Positions 24,244 through 31,862 of a stretch of DNA of 31,862 nt are shown here, piece by piece. The DNA comes from a virus (lineage: Duplodnaviria; Caudoviricetes), in the IMG/VR virus record IMGVR_UViG_3300031951_000777, positions 1-31,862 of that record. One strand, written 5' to 3'. Below the pieces are notes generated by a model. The model worked only from the letters and a program-made list of their open reading frames with translations. It was not told the DNA's origin and searched no databases. The position numbers and the translations under genes are program-made. How positions within the stretch are numbered: the first letter of the stretch is position 1; the number at the start of each line of letters is the position of its first letter.

Positions 24244-24915
24244 ACGGTTAGCTGCTGCCTTCATGCGCTCATAAAGATCACGGTCTGTACGGAACAGGCG
24301 TGATTGCTCGGTCAAGTTAAAGGTTTCGCGGCTGAATGGATTGCTCATGCCAGATGGGATGGCGCCACTGCTGCCGCTAGTTGGTGCACCGCTGCCCTGC
24401 GGCTTCGGCTGCTTTTGCATCCATGCGGGTAGCGTCTTGGCCCACTCGGCGACGGGTTTGCGCTCATAGCCGTCAACCACGACGACAGTGCCATCAGCTT
24501 CACGCTCGATGGATTCCGGCTTCAGCTTGGTCTTAAGCACCATGTCGGGGTCATGCACGATCTCGGCCAGTGCCGTGACTGCCGGCGTCACGAGTTCTAG
24601 CTCGCGGACTCGGGCTTCAAGTTCTGAGATGCGCTGGTCCTTTTGAGCCGTCGCCTCACGGAACTGCTGCTCCAGAGCCTGCCGGGCTTCTTGGTACTTG
24701 CCTTGTGATTCGAGCTGCTGCTGCTCGTAGTTGCGCTTGAACTCCAGCAGTTCATCAACATTTACTCCATCTGGCGCCTTGGATTTCTTTGCTGCACGCA
24801 GCTCTGCAATCAGTTCTTGATTCTTGCGTTCTAGCGCCTCAACACTGCGCTGCAGTGCGTCGGCAGTTGCACCCTCAGTAGCCGCAGGCTCTTTGGTTTG
24901 TTGTTCATCAGACAT
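24241..24915 (-). CDS. Capsid scaffolding protein
   Basis: Long charged coiled coil, PQGSGA linker and NPF...FNLTEQ C-terminal motif; immediately before the capsid gene. Confidence 0.85.
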   Translation of the reverse strand: MSDEQQTKEPAATEGATADALQRSVEALERKNQELIAELRAAKKSKAPDGVNVDELLEFKRNYEQQQLESQGKYQEARQALEQQFREATAQKDQRISELEARVRELELVTPAVTALAEIVHDPDMVLKTKLKPESIEREADGTVVVVDGYERKPVAEWAKTLPAWMQKQPKPQGSGAPTSGSSGAIPSGMSNPFSRETFNLTEQSRLFRTDRDLYERMKAAANR

Positions 24916-24933
24916 GGATAAGCCGCAGGCTTA
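24880..24933 (-). promoter_or_regulatory. Two C(UGC)G triloop hairpins flanking the scaffold start codon
   Basis: UAAGCC-UGC-GGCUUA (24933-24919), ending 3 nt before the AUG, and AGCC-UGC-GGCU (24890-24880) in codons 9-12. Confidence 0.65.
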
Positions 24934-24944
24934 ATTACGCTGTC

Positions 24945-24950
24945 ATCGTA
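24945..24950 (-). promoter_or_regulatory. Putative -10 element TACGAT for the scaffold gene
   Basis: GgTACGAT 29 nt upstream of ATG 24915. Confidence 0.45.
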
Positions 24951-24965
24951 CCAGCAGCCAGGACA

Positions 24966-25199
24966 ATGGCCCGCGAGTGGAATACACCAATCCGCGAACC
25001 TTGGAATCCGTTGATTAAGGAACTGCTAAATGCAATCGATCGCCATGAGCGGTTATATCGCCAAGATGGCAATGGCTGGCACGCTGCAAAAGCGCAAGAT
25101 CTGCGCTGGTATGTCGCAGAATTAAAGGATTGGATTCATTGCCAAGAGGCTACCACTTCTCCTTGTCAGCCCAATACGCAGCAGACATCTTGCCCTTAG
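24966..25199 (+). CDS. Hypothetical protein on the opposite strand within the head module
   Basis: Fills the 24916-25149 gap; Trp-rich helical sequence MAREWNTPIREPWNPLIKELLNAIDRH; AGGA just upstream. Confidence 0.7.
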   Translation: MAREWNTPIREPWNPLIKELLNAIDRHERLYRQDGNGWHAAKAQDLRWYVAELKDWIHCQEATTSPCQPNTQQTSCP

Positions 25200-25425
25200 C
25201 GATGTTGCTGGCATGACGCGCCTTGAATGATGCACGGCGTGCTGCTGCTGCTTTGGACTCGCCCTCGCGTGATGGACTGCCGCTAACTCCCTGCTGCCCG
25301 AAGCGGATCAGTTTTACCTTGTCGCCTTCCTTGGCGAGCACCGCGTGCGATTTGTTCGGATGCTTTGGCGTCCGCTTGGGCTTGTTGTAGCCGTCAAACT
25401 GCTCGCCGCGGTAGGTGATGCTCAT
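25150..25425 (-). CDS. Small basic phage protein, 91 aa
   Basis: GYNKPKRTPKHPNKSHAVLAK.G..VKLIRFGQQG...RRASFKARH...AAYWADKEKW. Confidence 0.85.
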   Translation of the reverse strand: MSITYRGEQFDGYNKPKRTPKHPNKSHAVLAKEGDKVKLIRFGQQGVSGSPSREGESKAAAARRASFKARHASNIAKGKMSAAYWADKEKW

Positions 25426-25583
25426 TTGCGCTTTGGTTTCTTTGCAGTCTTAGCAGCAGCCTTGAAGTCAGCAGCACTAGGACGATCAGGGTCACCCTTG
25501 CGTGCCATGCGCTCCTTGCTGCCAGCTTCAATGCGATTGCGCTTAGCGGCGATGTTGGCGTAAAGGCCAGGTTTCTTAGCCAT
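25422..25583 (-). CDS. Small basic protein, 53 aa (not in ORF track)
   Basis: [53 protein letters not shown]; TGATG/ATGA-coupled on both sides. Confidence 0.85.
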   Translation of the reverse strand: MAKKPGLYANIAAKRNRIEAGSKERMARKGDPDRPSAADFKAAAKTAKKPKRK

Positions 25584-25726
25584 CACTTTTTACCTTTGGG
25601 TTTGCGTGTTTTGCCAGCCTTGCTAAGCGCAATGGCGATGGCCTGCTTCTGCGGTTTGCCTGCCTTCATCTCAGCTTTGATGTTGGCCGAGATGGTCTTC
25701 TGAGAGCTACCCTTCTTTAACGGCAC
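25583..25726 (-). CDS. Small basic protein, 47 aa (not in ORF track)
   Basis: GTG 25726: [47 protein letters not shown]. Confidence 0.8.
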   Translation of the reverse strand: MPLKKGSSQKTISANIKAEMKAGKPQKQAIAIALSKAGKTRKPKGKK

Positions 25727-26930
25727 CGTACCGAGCGCGTAGTTGATCTAAGGTTAACTCTGACCCGTCATCGCGGACTAGCTTGGCGATGGCTTGATCA
25801 GGCCCGCGATCTTCGGCAAGCCTTCTAAAGTATTTCGCCTTCTGAGCGCCTAGCGCTTTCGCTTGCCGGGCCAAGAGATCTGCGTTGGATTCGCCCTTTT
25901 GTTTGTTTGCCAGCCAGTCGCCATAAGACACATCCGCCGGCACCTGACCACCTGCTGCTGCGCGTTTGCTGGGTGGTGGTGGGTCAAAGCCCAGCTCTTT
26001 GTAGTCGATTACCGGGACCGTTGTTGATCGGCAGTTGAAGTGCTGCGGCGGTGTCGGGCCTTTGCCGTATTCAAACTCGCGGCCATCCAATGCACGGCAA
26101 ATGCTGCTGGTGCGGGTGTCCAGTGTTGCCACATAACGATACTTCTTAGTGATGTCTTGATTGGCCTCATACACCTGCTGACTAGCTGCATTGGCGACTT
26201 GGTTGATGCTGGTGCGCACAAGGCTAACGATCTGATTGTCGGCAACTGCTGTTGCCTGGCCGCCTGCTGCAACCAACTGCTTGACGGTCTTGGCCTGCTC
26301 GCCAAATTCAAGATTTCCGATCAGCCGCTTGGCGATGGCTGGCGTGGGCTCGCCCGTCAGCAACCCTTGCCGCACGACTTGCGAGAACTGCTCAGCCTGA
26401 TCAACGGCAATGCCGCGGAATGCTTTGGTGACCACTTCGCCATTGGGCAGCGTGATCGTGGCGCCTTGCGCTGCAGTGAGACTGAATGTTGCCGGTGCAC
26501 CTTGCACTGCGGCAAATAGGTCATCGCTCAGCGCCACCACGTTGATCTGCGTCGGATCAGTGGTGACAACCGACTGCGCAAATTGCGGGCTGATCTCAAC
26601 GGTACGCACTGCATCGCGTGCACCTGTTGGTAGGGCACGTGCTAACTGATCGGCTACAAATTCCGATTGCAACTGCGCAATGCCCTGTAGCTCAGTTGCC
26701 GTGATCTCCGTTGCGTCGCCTGCCCATGTGCCTAGCGAGTCTTTGAGCTGCGCAAGTATCGCCCGCAGCCGTGCTGCCTTGACTGGCGCGGACAGCTCAT
26801 CAATGGTGCGCAGCTGATTGACCGCATCAATAATGATGTCGTTGTAAGCATTGATCACACGCCGCGCAACGCTATTGCTGTAGCGGTTCAGGTCAATTGC
26901 GTTGCGATACAGAGACTCCGGTGTGCTCAT
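25707..26930 (-). CDS. Minor head / head morphogenesis protein (SPP1 gp7 / Mu F family)
   Basis: [11 protein letters not shown]...[18 protein letters not shown]...PPQHFNCRS motif; follows the portal. Confidence 0.9.
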   Translation of the reverse strand: MSTPESLYRNAIDLNRYSNSVARRVINAYNDIIIDAVNQLRTIDELSAPVKAARLRAILAQLKDSLGTWAGDATEITATELQGIAQLQSEFVADQLARALPTGARDAVRTVEISPQFAQSVVTTDPTQINVVALSDDLFAAVQGAPATFSLTAAQGATITLPNGEVVTKAFRGIAVDQAEQFSQVVRQGLLTGEPTPAIAKRLIGNLEFGEQAKTVKQLVAAGGQATAVADNQIVSLVRTSINQVANAASQQVYEANQDITKKYRYVATLDTRTSSICRALDGREFEYGKGPTPPQHFNCRSTTVPVIDYKELGFDPPPPSKRAAAGGQVPADVSYGDWLANKQKGESNADLLARQAKALGAQKAKYFRRLAEDRGPDQAIAKLVRDDGSELTLDQLRARYGAVKEG

Positions 26931-27247
26931 TGATAGATGCCCAGATCTTCGGGTTGATAGCCGCTGCGGATGCTGACATTAGCGCCTTGCTTCAAGGCAG
27001 TGCTCACCAATGATGCAAATGCGTCATAACCGTTTTGTCCGTCTTCCATCAAGGTGACTTGATCCACTTCATCTGCCTTGCCATCTTTGTACCAGGTGAT
27101 TCGCACGATGGCTAAGACTTCTTCAGGCAGTGCACTGACGTGATAGTCAAGCTCCTGCTTCCTCGGTTTCCTCGGTTCCATCCAGATCATCAGTTCCACT
27201 AGTTGATCCGTTATCCAATCCAGCAGGTTGAAGATCAAGCCCCGCAT
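26927..27247 (-). CDS. Hypothetical protein overlapping the portal 3' end
   Basis: Fills the portal to minor-head gap and is ATGA-coupled to the minor head gene. Possible starts at 27247, 27190 or 27181. Confidence 0.65.
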   Translation of the reverse strand: MRGLIFNLLDWITDQLVELMIWMEPRKPRKQELDYHVSALPEEVLAIVRITWYKDGKADEVDQVTLMEDGQNGYDAFASLVSTALKQGANVSIRSGYQPEDLGIYQ

Positions 27248-28592
27248 TGGCTGTAGCCTCAAGCTCCTCGTCTACGTTAAAGTCATCGCCCAAGACATCG
27301 CCCTCGGCAAGCTCACGCAGTAGGGTTTCCTGCGTGATGGTGCCTGCAGTGTAAAGCTGCAGCAGTGCTTGGATCTCCTGCGGCTCAAGGCGTGTGCCGA
27401 GGAAGTCGCGGTTGACATAGCTGCTGCCAGGTGATGTGTTATTGCCGATGTACTGCGCATGAAACTGCAGGCAGTTGTCGATCATGTCCTGTACGTTCTG
27501 CGCGATCACCATCATGGTGCTGTCGCCTTGACTGCGATCAATGCGCTTTGCCTCAGCAGTTTCAGCCGATAGCTTCTGGCCGAGCACTGCCGATAGCCCT
27601 AGCTCGTTGATCTGCAGTGCAAGCTGCTCAAGCCTGCGGAACTGGTAATCAAAGCTGCGTCCTTGAGGCTCGATGTATTCAGCTCGACCATCAGCAGGGA
27701 ATGCGATGGCTTCACCGGGTCCAGCGCTGACTTCCTCTGCTGCAGACGGGAAGCCATAGAACGCCAGCATCGGCACAGCGCTGATGTGGAGCTGGTTGTC
27801 GAGGTCGCTCTGGATCTGATACGCCTTGAGGTTTAGCTCGGCGATATCTTCCAACGGCGGACGTGACTCCATGAATCCATGGCGTTGCGCATAGGCGACG
27901 CTAAACGGGATCTCGCTAAGGCTGGTGCGGCCTTCGTCGACAATTTCAAACTCGCCGTTGTCTTGTTTCTGGTGAAGTTGAAACTCACCTGGCGTCAGTA
28001 CGCGGATCTGCTCCACTGCCTTCTCGCCGAACTCGCCATCAGGCACGGTGACCATCTCAGCCAGTCGCAGCTGCGTTAGCACCTGCCGGCCTTCCTGCTG
28101 CTCAGCACGCCAGCCAAGGATCTGCCGTGGTGTGTAGCTCACCCAGTAGGGTCTCCCCCCATCAGCAGGTGCATCCACCAGTACACCAACGTGGCCATAA
28201 CGGACCATCTTGCGGGTGGTTTCGTAGGTCCAGACGTTGAGGTCATTGCCTTGGAGGTCAACATCAAACAGCTGCTCGCGGATCACATCAGCGGTGTCAT
28301 CCAGCCTTACGGGCTTGCGCGTCAACATGCCGGCCAGCATCCGCTCTAAGCGTTGATAGAACGGCGGGCATACGCTACGCGCTAGGCGGTTGTCGTAGGA
28401 CTCATCCAGCTCGCGGGGTTCCTGCGGCAGGTAACGGCGATGCTTGCGGCGCATCCCATAGGTGCCCTGCATCAGATCTTCAATCAGGATCCAATGCGCC
28501 TCTTGTGCGTACCATGCAGTATTGGCATCCTGCACGCGAGTAACGCGGCGCTGCGCAATTGGCCGGTCGTATGCGTTAAAGCCGGTGTACAT
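27147..28592 (-). CDS. Portal protein (DUF4055-like)
   Basis: 481 aa after TerL; YLPQEPRE..ESY..RL.RS, DVDLQGNDL, YGHVGVLVD, RPY, PPLEDIAELN, ETAEAKRID; acidic tail. Confidence 0.9.
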   Translation of the reverse strand: MYTGFNAYDRPIAQRRVTRVQDANTAWYAQEAHWILIEDLMQGTYGMRRKHRRYLPQEPRELDESYDNRLARSVCPPFYQRLERMLAGMLTRKPVRLDDTADVIREQLFDVDLQGNDLNVWTYETTRKMVRYGHVGVLVDAPADGGRPYWVSYTPRQILGWRAEQQEGRQVLTQLRLAEMVTVPDGEFGEKAVEQIRVLTPGEFQLHQKQDNGEFEIVDEGRTSLSEIPFSVAYAQRHGFMESRPPLEDIAELNLKAYQIQSDLDNQLHISAVPMLAFYGFPSAAEEVSAGPGEAIAFPADGRAEYIEPQGRSFDYQFRRLEQLALQINELGLSAVLGQKLSAETAEAKRIDRSQGDSTMMVIAQNVQDMIDNCLQFHAQYIGNNTSPGSSYVNRDFLGTRLEPQEIQALLQLYTAGTITQETLLRELAEGDVLGDDFNVDEELEATANAGLDLQPAGLDNGSTSGTDDLDGTEETEEAGA

Positions 28593-28615
28593 TACAGCGC
28601 CGCAGTCATAGGTGC

Positions 28616-28621
28616 AGTTTA
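28616..28621 (-). promoter_or_regulatory. Putative -10 element TAAACT for the portal gene
   Basis: Begins at the AbrB TAA stop; 23 nt upstream of ATG 28592. Confidence 0.45.
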
Positions 28622-28939
28622 AGCAGCAGTCAGCGTAATGCTGTTGCCGCGTATCTTGATGTCAAACTCAGCGCCGGGTTCATAGCCCATCTCGCGCATG
28701 TAGCCGTCACCGATCTGCAGCTTGCCGTTGAATTGCACCTTGGCTTTATAGGTCAACTTGCGGCCTTTGCTAGCGGGCTTGCCGCCTAGGTCAACACCTT
28801 TGGCTTCCAGCAGCGCCTCATAAAACTGCGTGAATGCCAGACGATCCTTGATGAGGTAGCCGCAAGCGCGCACCAGTTCGGACTTAGGCGCATCGCCCAG
28901 TTCTTTGACCTTGGCGAGTAGTTCAGCACCCTTGAGCAT
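28619..28939 (-). CDS. Cyanobacterial AbrB-like transcriptional regulator
   Basis: L.GAELLAKVKELGD..KSELVRACGY...FYEALLEAKG and C-terminal GRKLTYKAKVQFNGKLQIG..Y..EMG.EPG.EF.I swapped-hairpin domain. Confidence 0.88.
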   Translation of the reverse strand: MLKGAELLAKVKELGDAPKSELVRACGYLIKDRLAFTQFYEALLEAKGVDLGGKPASKGRKLTYKAKVQFNGKLQIGDGYMREMGYEPGAEFDIKIRGNSITLTAA

Positions 28940-28963
28940 GGGTAGGGGTAATGGTTGGCGGAA

Positions 28964-30313
28964 TCAATATAGTCTGATGCCAGTGCTGCGGCCAGCACCT
29001 GCGTGCAATGGGTTGAATTCGCGCCATACAAGGTAGCCCAGTGCGTCGTTCATGTGGTCATGGCCGGCATCCTTATCTGGGTCACCCTTGTCGGTGTAGC
29101 ACTGCAGCTCTAGGCATTCGATCAGCCGCTTGCAGCGCTGGTGGATGGTGAGCCGGACTTGACCCTTGCCGTTTTCCAGCAAAGCCTGAACAGCAGCCAC
29201 GCGATCACGGACGGGAGGATTTGCCCGTGGTGACTGGTTTGACATGCCGTAGGACTCCAGGATTTGGATGTCGGTTTGGCTTGCGTTGGTGCTGCGGTTG
29301 CCGCCGCTGGCATCTGGGTAGATGTAGATGCGCCGCTGCGGGTAACGCGCTTGGATCTCTTGCGCCAATGCGTCGGTGTCATGGGCGCCGCTAATCTCAT
29401 CAATCACTAGCAGGCTGCTGCCGCTGCGGACGCCGATCACAGCAGACATGTTGCCAACGTTGAAATCAACGCCAATACGCAAGGGCTCGCGGTCAAGGTC
29501 GGGCAGCTCAGCCACCACGTGCTTCTCACGGCTGAAGCGGTCATAGATGGTGCCCGTGGTGAGGTTGACGAACTCTCCATCCAAATAGGCCCGCAACAGG
29601 TTGGGGTCGTAGTTGGCCTCTAGTCGCTCGATAAAGTCCGGCGGCAGGTGCGGATTATCCGCTGACCGCATCTTGATCAGCTTGCGGTCATTGCGACCTT
29701 TGGCATCCTCGCTGCCGAATGTGTTCCACATCCAGCGGAAGCCCTCCGGTGTGGATGCAGCCCCAAACTGCCGCACATTGCCTGACCGCAAGCGGCCAAG
29801 GATCTTAGGAAATGCCTTGTTGGCAATGCTTGGCGTCACCGTGTCGATCTCATCAGCCAGCACCCATGCAAGGTTCAAGCCGATGATGCGGCTCCAGTTC
29901 TCGAAGCTACGGCACAGGATCTTCGTGTCGCCGCCTGGTAGGTGCAGCATGTATTCCGGCAGCGGGCTTGCCCTGAAGGTGTACGGGATCTCATACGCCT
30001 CCAGAAATTGCTCGAAGTCGTTCTGCCAGATATCACGGATCAATGGGCCAGTCGGCTCCATTACTGCGCCGATGAAGCCTTGATTAGCGGCTGCAAGCAT
30101 GACAGCTTTAGCGCACAATGCACGTGTCTTGCCGGCGCCATAACCGGCTGAGATGCCAATGATCTCTGTTGCAGTGTCATCTACAAACGCAAGCTGGCCA
30201 GGGTGCAGATCAGCCCGGATGCGGTTGAGCAGATCGCCCGTGTCTTCTTGCGTAGCAACATCCATAAACCCAAGCAGCTTGCCGGGTTCAACAATGCCGG
30301 CGAGCAAGCTCAC
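28964..30313 (-). CDS. terL: Terminase large subunit
   Basis: Walker A AGYGAGKT, Walker B VLADE, STPEG, nuclease GVDFN and DHMNDALGY. Confidence 0.96.
   Translation of the reverse strand: MSLLAGIVEPGKLLGFMDVATQEDTGDLLNRIRADLHPGQLAFVDDTATEIIGISAGYGAGKTRALCAKAVMLAAANQGFIGAVMEPTGPLIRDIWQNDFEQFLEAYEIPYTFRASPLPEYMLHLPGGDTKILCRSFENWSRIIGLNLAWVLADEIDTVTPSIANKAFPKILGRLRSGNVRQFGAASTPEGFRWMWNTFGSEDAKGRNDRKLIKMRSADNPHLPPDFIERLEANYDPNLLRAYLDGEFVNLTTGTIYDRFSREKHVVAELPDLDREPLRIGVDFNVGNMSAVIGVRSGSSLLVIDEISGAHDTDALAQEIQARYPQRRIYIYPDASGGNRSTNASQTDIQILESYGMSNQSPRANPPVRDRVAAVQALLENGKGQVRLTIHQRCKRLIECLELQCYTDKGDPDKDAGHDHMNDALGYLVWREFNPLHAGAGRSTGIRLY
28966..28971 (-). promoter_or_regulatory. Putative -10 element TATATT for the AbrB-like gene
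   Basis: Overlaps the last TerL codons and stop; 26 nt upstream of ATG 28939. Confidence 0.4.
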
Positions 30314-30633
30314 GAGATCTCAAACCGCAACAGCTTGGCCTGGTCTTCTAGCGCTTTAATTGCAATGCTGAGATTGCCTTTAGCGCGTGCTTCGCGTTCG
30401 TAATCCTGCAGCCTCGCTAGTGCGGCTTGCAGCCATTGCGGGCGTTCTAGTTCCGAATCAAGGGCAATCAGCTTGCGCGCTTCCGCCATGTAATCGCGCA
30501 CTTGGCGCTCGCTGACGCCCCACAGCTCGGAACCGTGTTGAACGATCTGATGGTGGCTGTGAGCACGCAGGATGAGTTCATAAACCACATTGACGCGGTT
30601 CTGAATCTCATCCTTGGTGCTCTTCTTTGCCAT
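30310..30633 (-). CDS. terS: Putative terminase small subunit
   Basis: 107 aa with an HTH (WGVSERQVRDY) and helical C-terminus; overlaps the TerL start. Confidence 0.7.
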   Translation of the reverse strand: MAKKSTKDEIQNRVNVVYELILRAHSHHQIVQHGSELWGVSERQVRDYMAEARKLIALDSELERPQWLQAALARLQDYEREARAKGNLSIAIKALEDQAKLLRFEIS

Positions 30634-30636
30634 CTA

Positions 30637-31677
30637 TTAGCCCTTAATTTGCACAGGCATTACAAGATACGTTACACCATCCATGCCGCTAGGTGTCAGC
30701 ACCACGGGTGTGGTTGCCGTATTGGCGTGCATGGTGATGGCTTCTGCGGGCTTGAACGCCTTGATGCCGTCTAGCAGGTAGTGGACGTTAAACGCCCATG
30801 CGCCCTTTGCGGTGCCGTCTACCTTGAGCAGCTCTTTGCCGTTGTTGGCATCGGCTTCGGCGGTGATGGCGATGGTGCCACCTACTGCCTCGATCTTGAC
30901 GATCGAGTTGTGCGCATCTGCGATGACGGCAACACGCTCTAGTGCACGTGTCAAGCGGCGACGATCAGCGGTGATGGTGCTGGTGAAGTCAGTGGGCAGC
31001 AGTTTAGCCACATCTGGGTAGGTGCCATCTAGCACGCGGCTGTAGATGGTGATGCCATCGCCGGCATCAATGACGGCTTGACCGGCTGCCATGGCGATGG
31101 TGACCACGCGATCCTGCAACAGGCGCATGGTGCTGGCCGGTAATACCACGTCGAGGCCAGTGGGCAGGTCGATCGGGTAGCGCATGAGGCGATGCCCGTC
31201 AGTCGCTTCCATGTGACCGCTGCCAAGGTGGATGCCTTGGAGCATCTGCTTGCTGGCATCGGTGCTGGCGGCTGCCATGCAAGCGCGGATACCAGCGGAT
31301 AGGTGCAGATCGCTCGTAGCAGCGTCTACAACCGGCATGGCGGGGTAATCCGCCGCATCCGCCGCTGCAAGCCCGTAGGAGCCGCTAGAGGCCGTCAGAG
31401 CGCCATCTGCGAGGGTCAGAGCCTCATCGCCATCAAAGCGGCTTACAAGGCCAGCTAGCAGCCGATACGGCAGCGCTACGGCGCCATCAGTGTCCACTGC
31501 AGCAGGAATGGTGACGGTGATGCCGAGATCAAGGTTGAAGCCGGTGATAGTGAGGGTGCCAGCAGCGGCATTGATCAGGCAGCAATCAAGGATCGGGTGT
31601 GAGCTGCGATGGCCAACAGCAGGCGCAATGGTGCGGAGCGCGTGATCGAGATCAGCTTGGCAGGTAGTGGCTTTCAT
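30637..31677 (-). CDS. dnaN: DNA polymerase III beta sliding clamp
   Basis: SHPILDC, TGFNLDLGI, ATDGHRL, SRVLDGTYPD..KLLP, ALERVAVIAD, AFNVHYLLDG.K, YLVMPVQI; resembles cyanobacterial DnaN. Confidence 0.92.
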   Translation of the reverse strand: MKATTCQADLDHALRTIAPAVGHRSSHPILDCCLINAAAGTLTITGFNLDLGITVTIPAAVDTDGAVALPYRLLAGLVSRFDGDEALTLADGALTASSGSYGLAAADAADYPAMPVVDAATSDLHLSAGIRACMAAASTDASKQMLQGIHLGSGHMEATDGHRLMRYPIDLPTGLDVVLPASTMRLLQDRVVTIAMAAGQAVIDAGDGITIYSRVLDGTYPDVAKLLPTDFTSTITADRRRLTRALERVAVIADAHNSIVKIEAVGGTIAITAEADANNGKELLKVDGTAKGAWAFNVHYLLDGIKAFKPAEAITMHANTATTPVVLTPSGMDGVTYLVMPVQIKG

Positions 31678-31862
31678 TTGACGGTGGCGGCAGTGACGAG
31701 GCTGGTGATGATGCGTTCGTAATCAGCGGCGAAGCTATCCACGAGATCCATGGGTAGCGGTACGCCGTCATCAATGGCGTTATCGGCAATGGCTGCGGCA
31801 TACGCAACGGCTTGCGTCATGACGTCATGCAGCCGGTTGATCACCGGTTGTTGCTTGGCTGG
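31674..31862 (-). CDS. Partial hypothetical protein (5' end outside window)
   Basis: Open frame PAKQQPVINRLHDVMTQ...SLVTAATVK*, ATGA-coupled to dnaN. Confidence 0.65.
   Translation of the reverse strand, partial: PAKQQPVINRLHDVMTQAVAYAAAIADNAIDDGVPLPMDLVDSFAADYERIITSLVTAATVK

Noticed and set aside
23048-24244. Long + strand ORFs (240 and 151 aa) antisense to the capsid gene, and similar ones opposite tail genes (7604-8188, 14160-14795, 15349-16011, 16428-16931)
   Set aside because: They are fully shadowed by well-supported - strand genes, show no recognisable motifs, and are expected from codon bias in GC-rich DNA.
1-31862. tRNA, rRNA, CRISPR array, IS element, integrase/att site or genome terminus
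   Set aside because: Intergenic space is minimal and none of these signatures was seen; lifestyle and packaging mode cannot be determined from this window.

Overview
This window is part of a lambda-like (long non-contractile tail) phage genome, most likely a cyanophage of picocyanobacteria (Synechococcus/Cyanobium type). The host inference rests on a cyanobacterial-type RpoD-family sigma factor, a cyanobacterial AbrB-like regulator and a cyanobacterial-like DnaN. Bases 1-2796 hold the end of a + strand early/middle block: probable SSB C-terminus, small ORFs, DUF3310-like protein, dCTP deaminase and sigma factor. Bases 2714-31862 hold a tightly packed - strand block. In transcription order it runs: beta clamp, TerS, TerL, AbrB, portal, minor head protein, three small basic proteins, scaffold, major capsid, head/neck accessories, connectors, two paralogous tail-tube genes, G/GT chaperone with a -1 frameshift, tape measure, M-L-K-I-J tail tip, a 9-gene fibre/appendage cluster, holin-like genes, a two-domain endolysin, a metallophosphoesterase and an HNH nuclease. 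No tRNA, rRNA, CRISPR array, integrase, transposase or reverse transcriptase was seen. The most unusual non-coding signals are: four C(UGC)G triloop hairpins at the scaffold and capsid start regions; a TAnnnT -10 hexamer at every sizeable late intergenic gap, paired with a sigma factor whose -35 helix is degenerate; two same-geometry AAC-N19-GTT palindromes; two divergent genes sharing one CATG; and a 32-bp identical tract between the diverged tail-tube paralogs. All family assignments come from motif recognition by eye; no searches were run.
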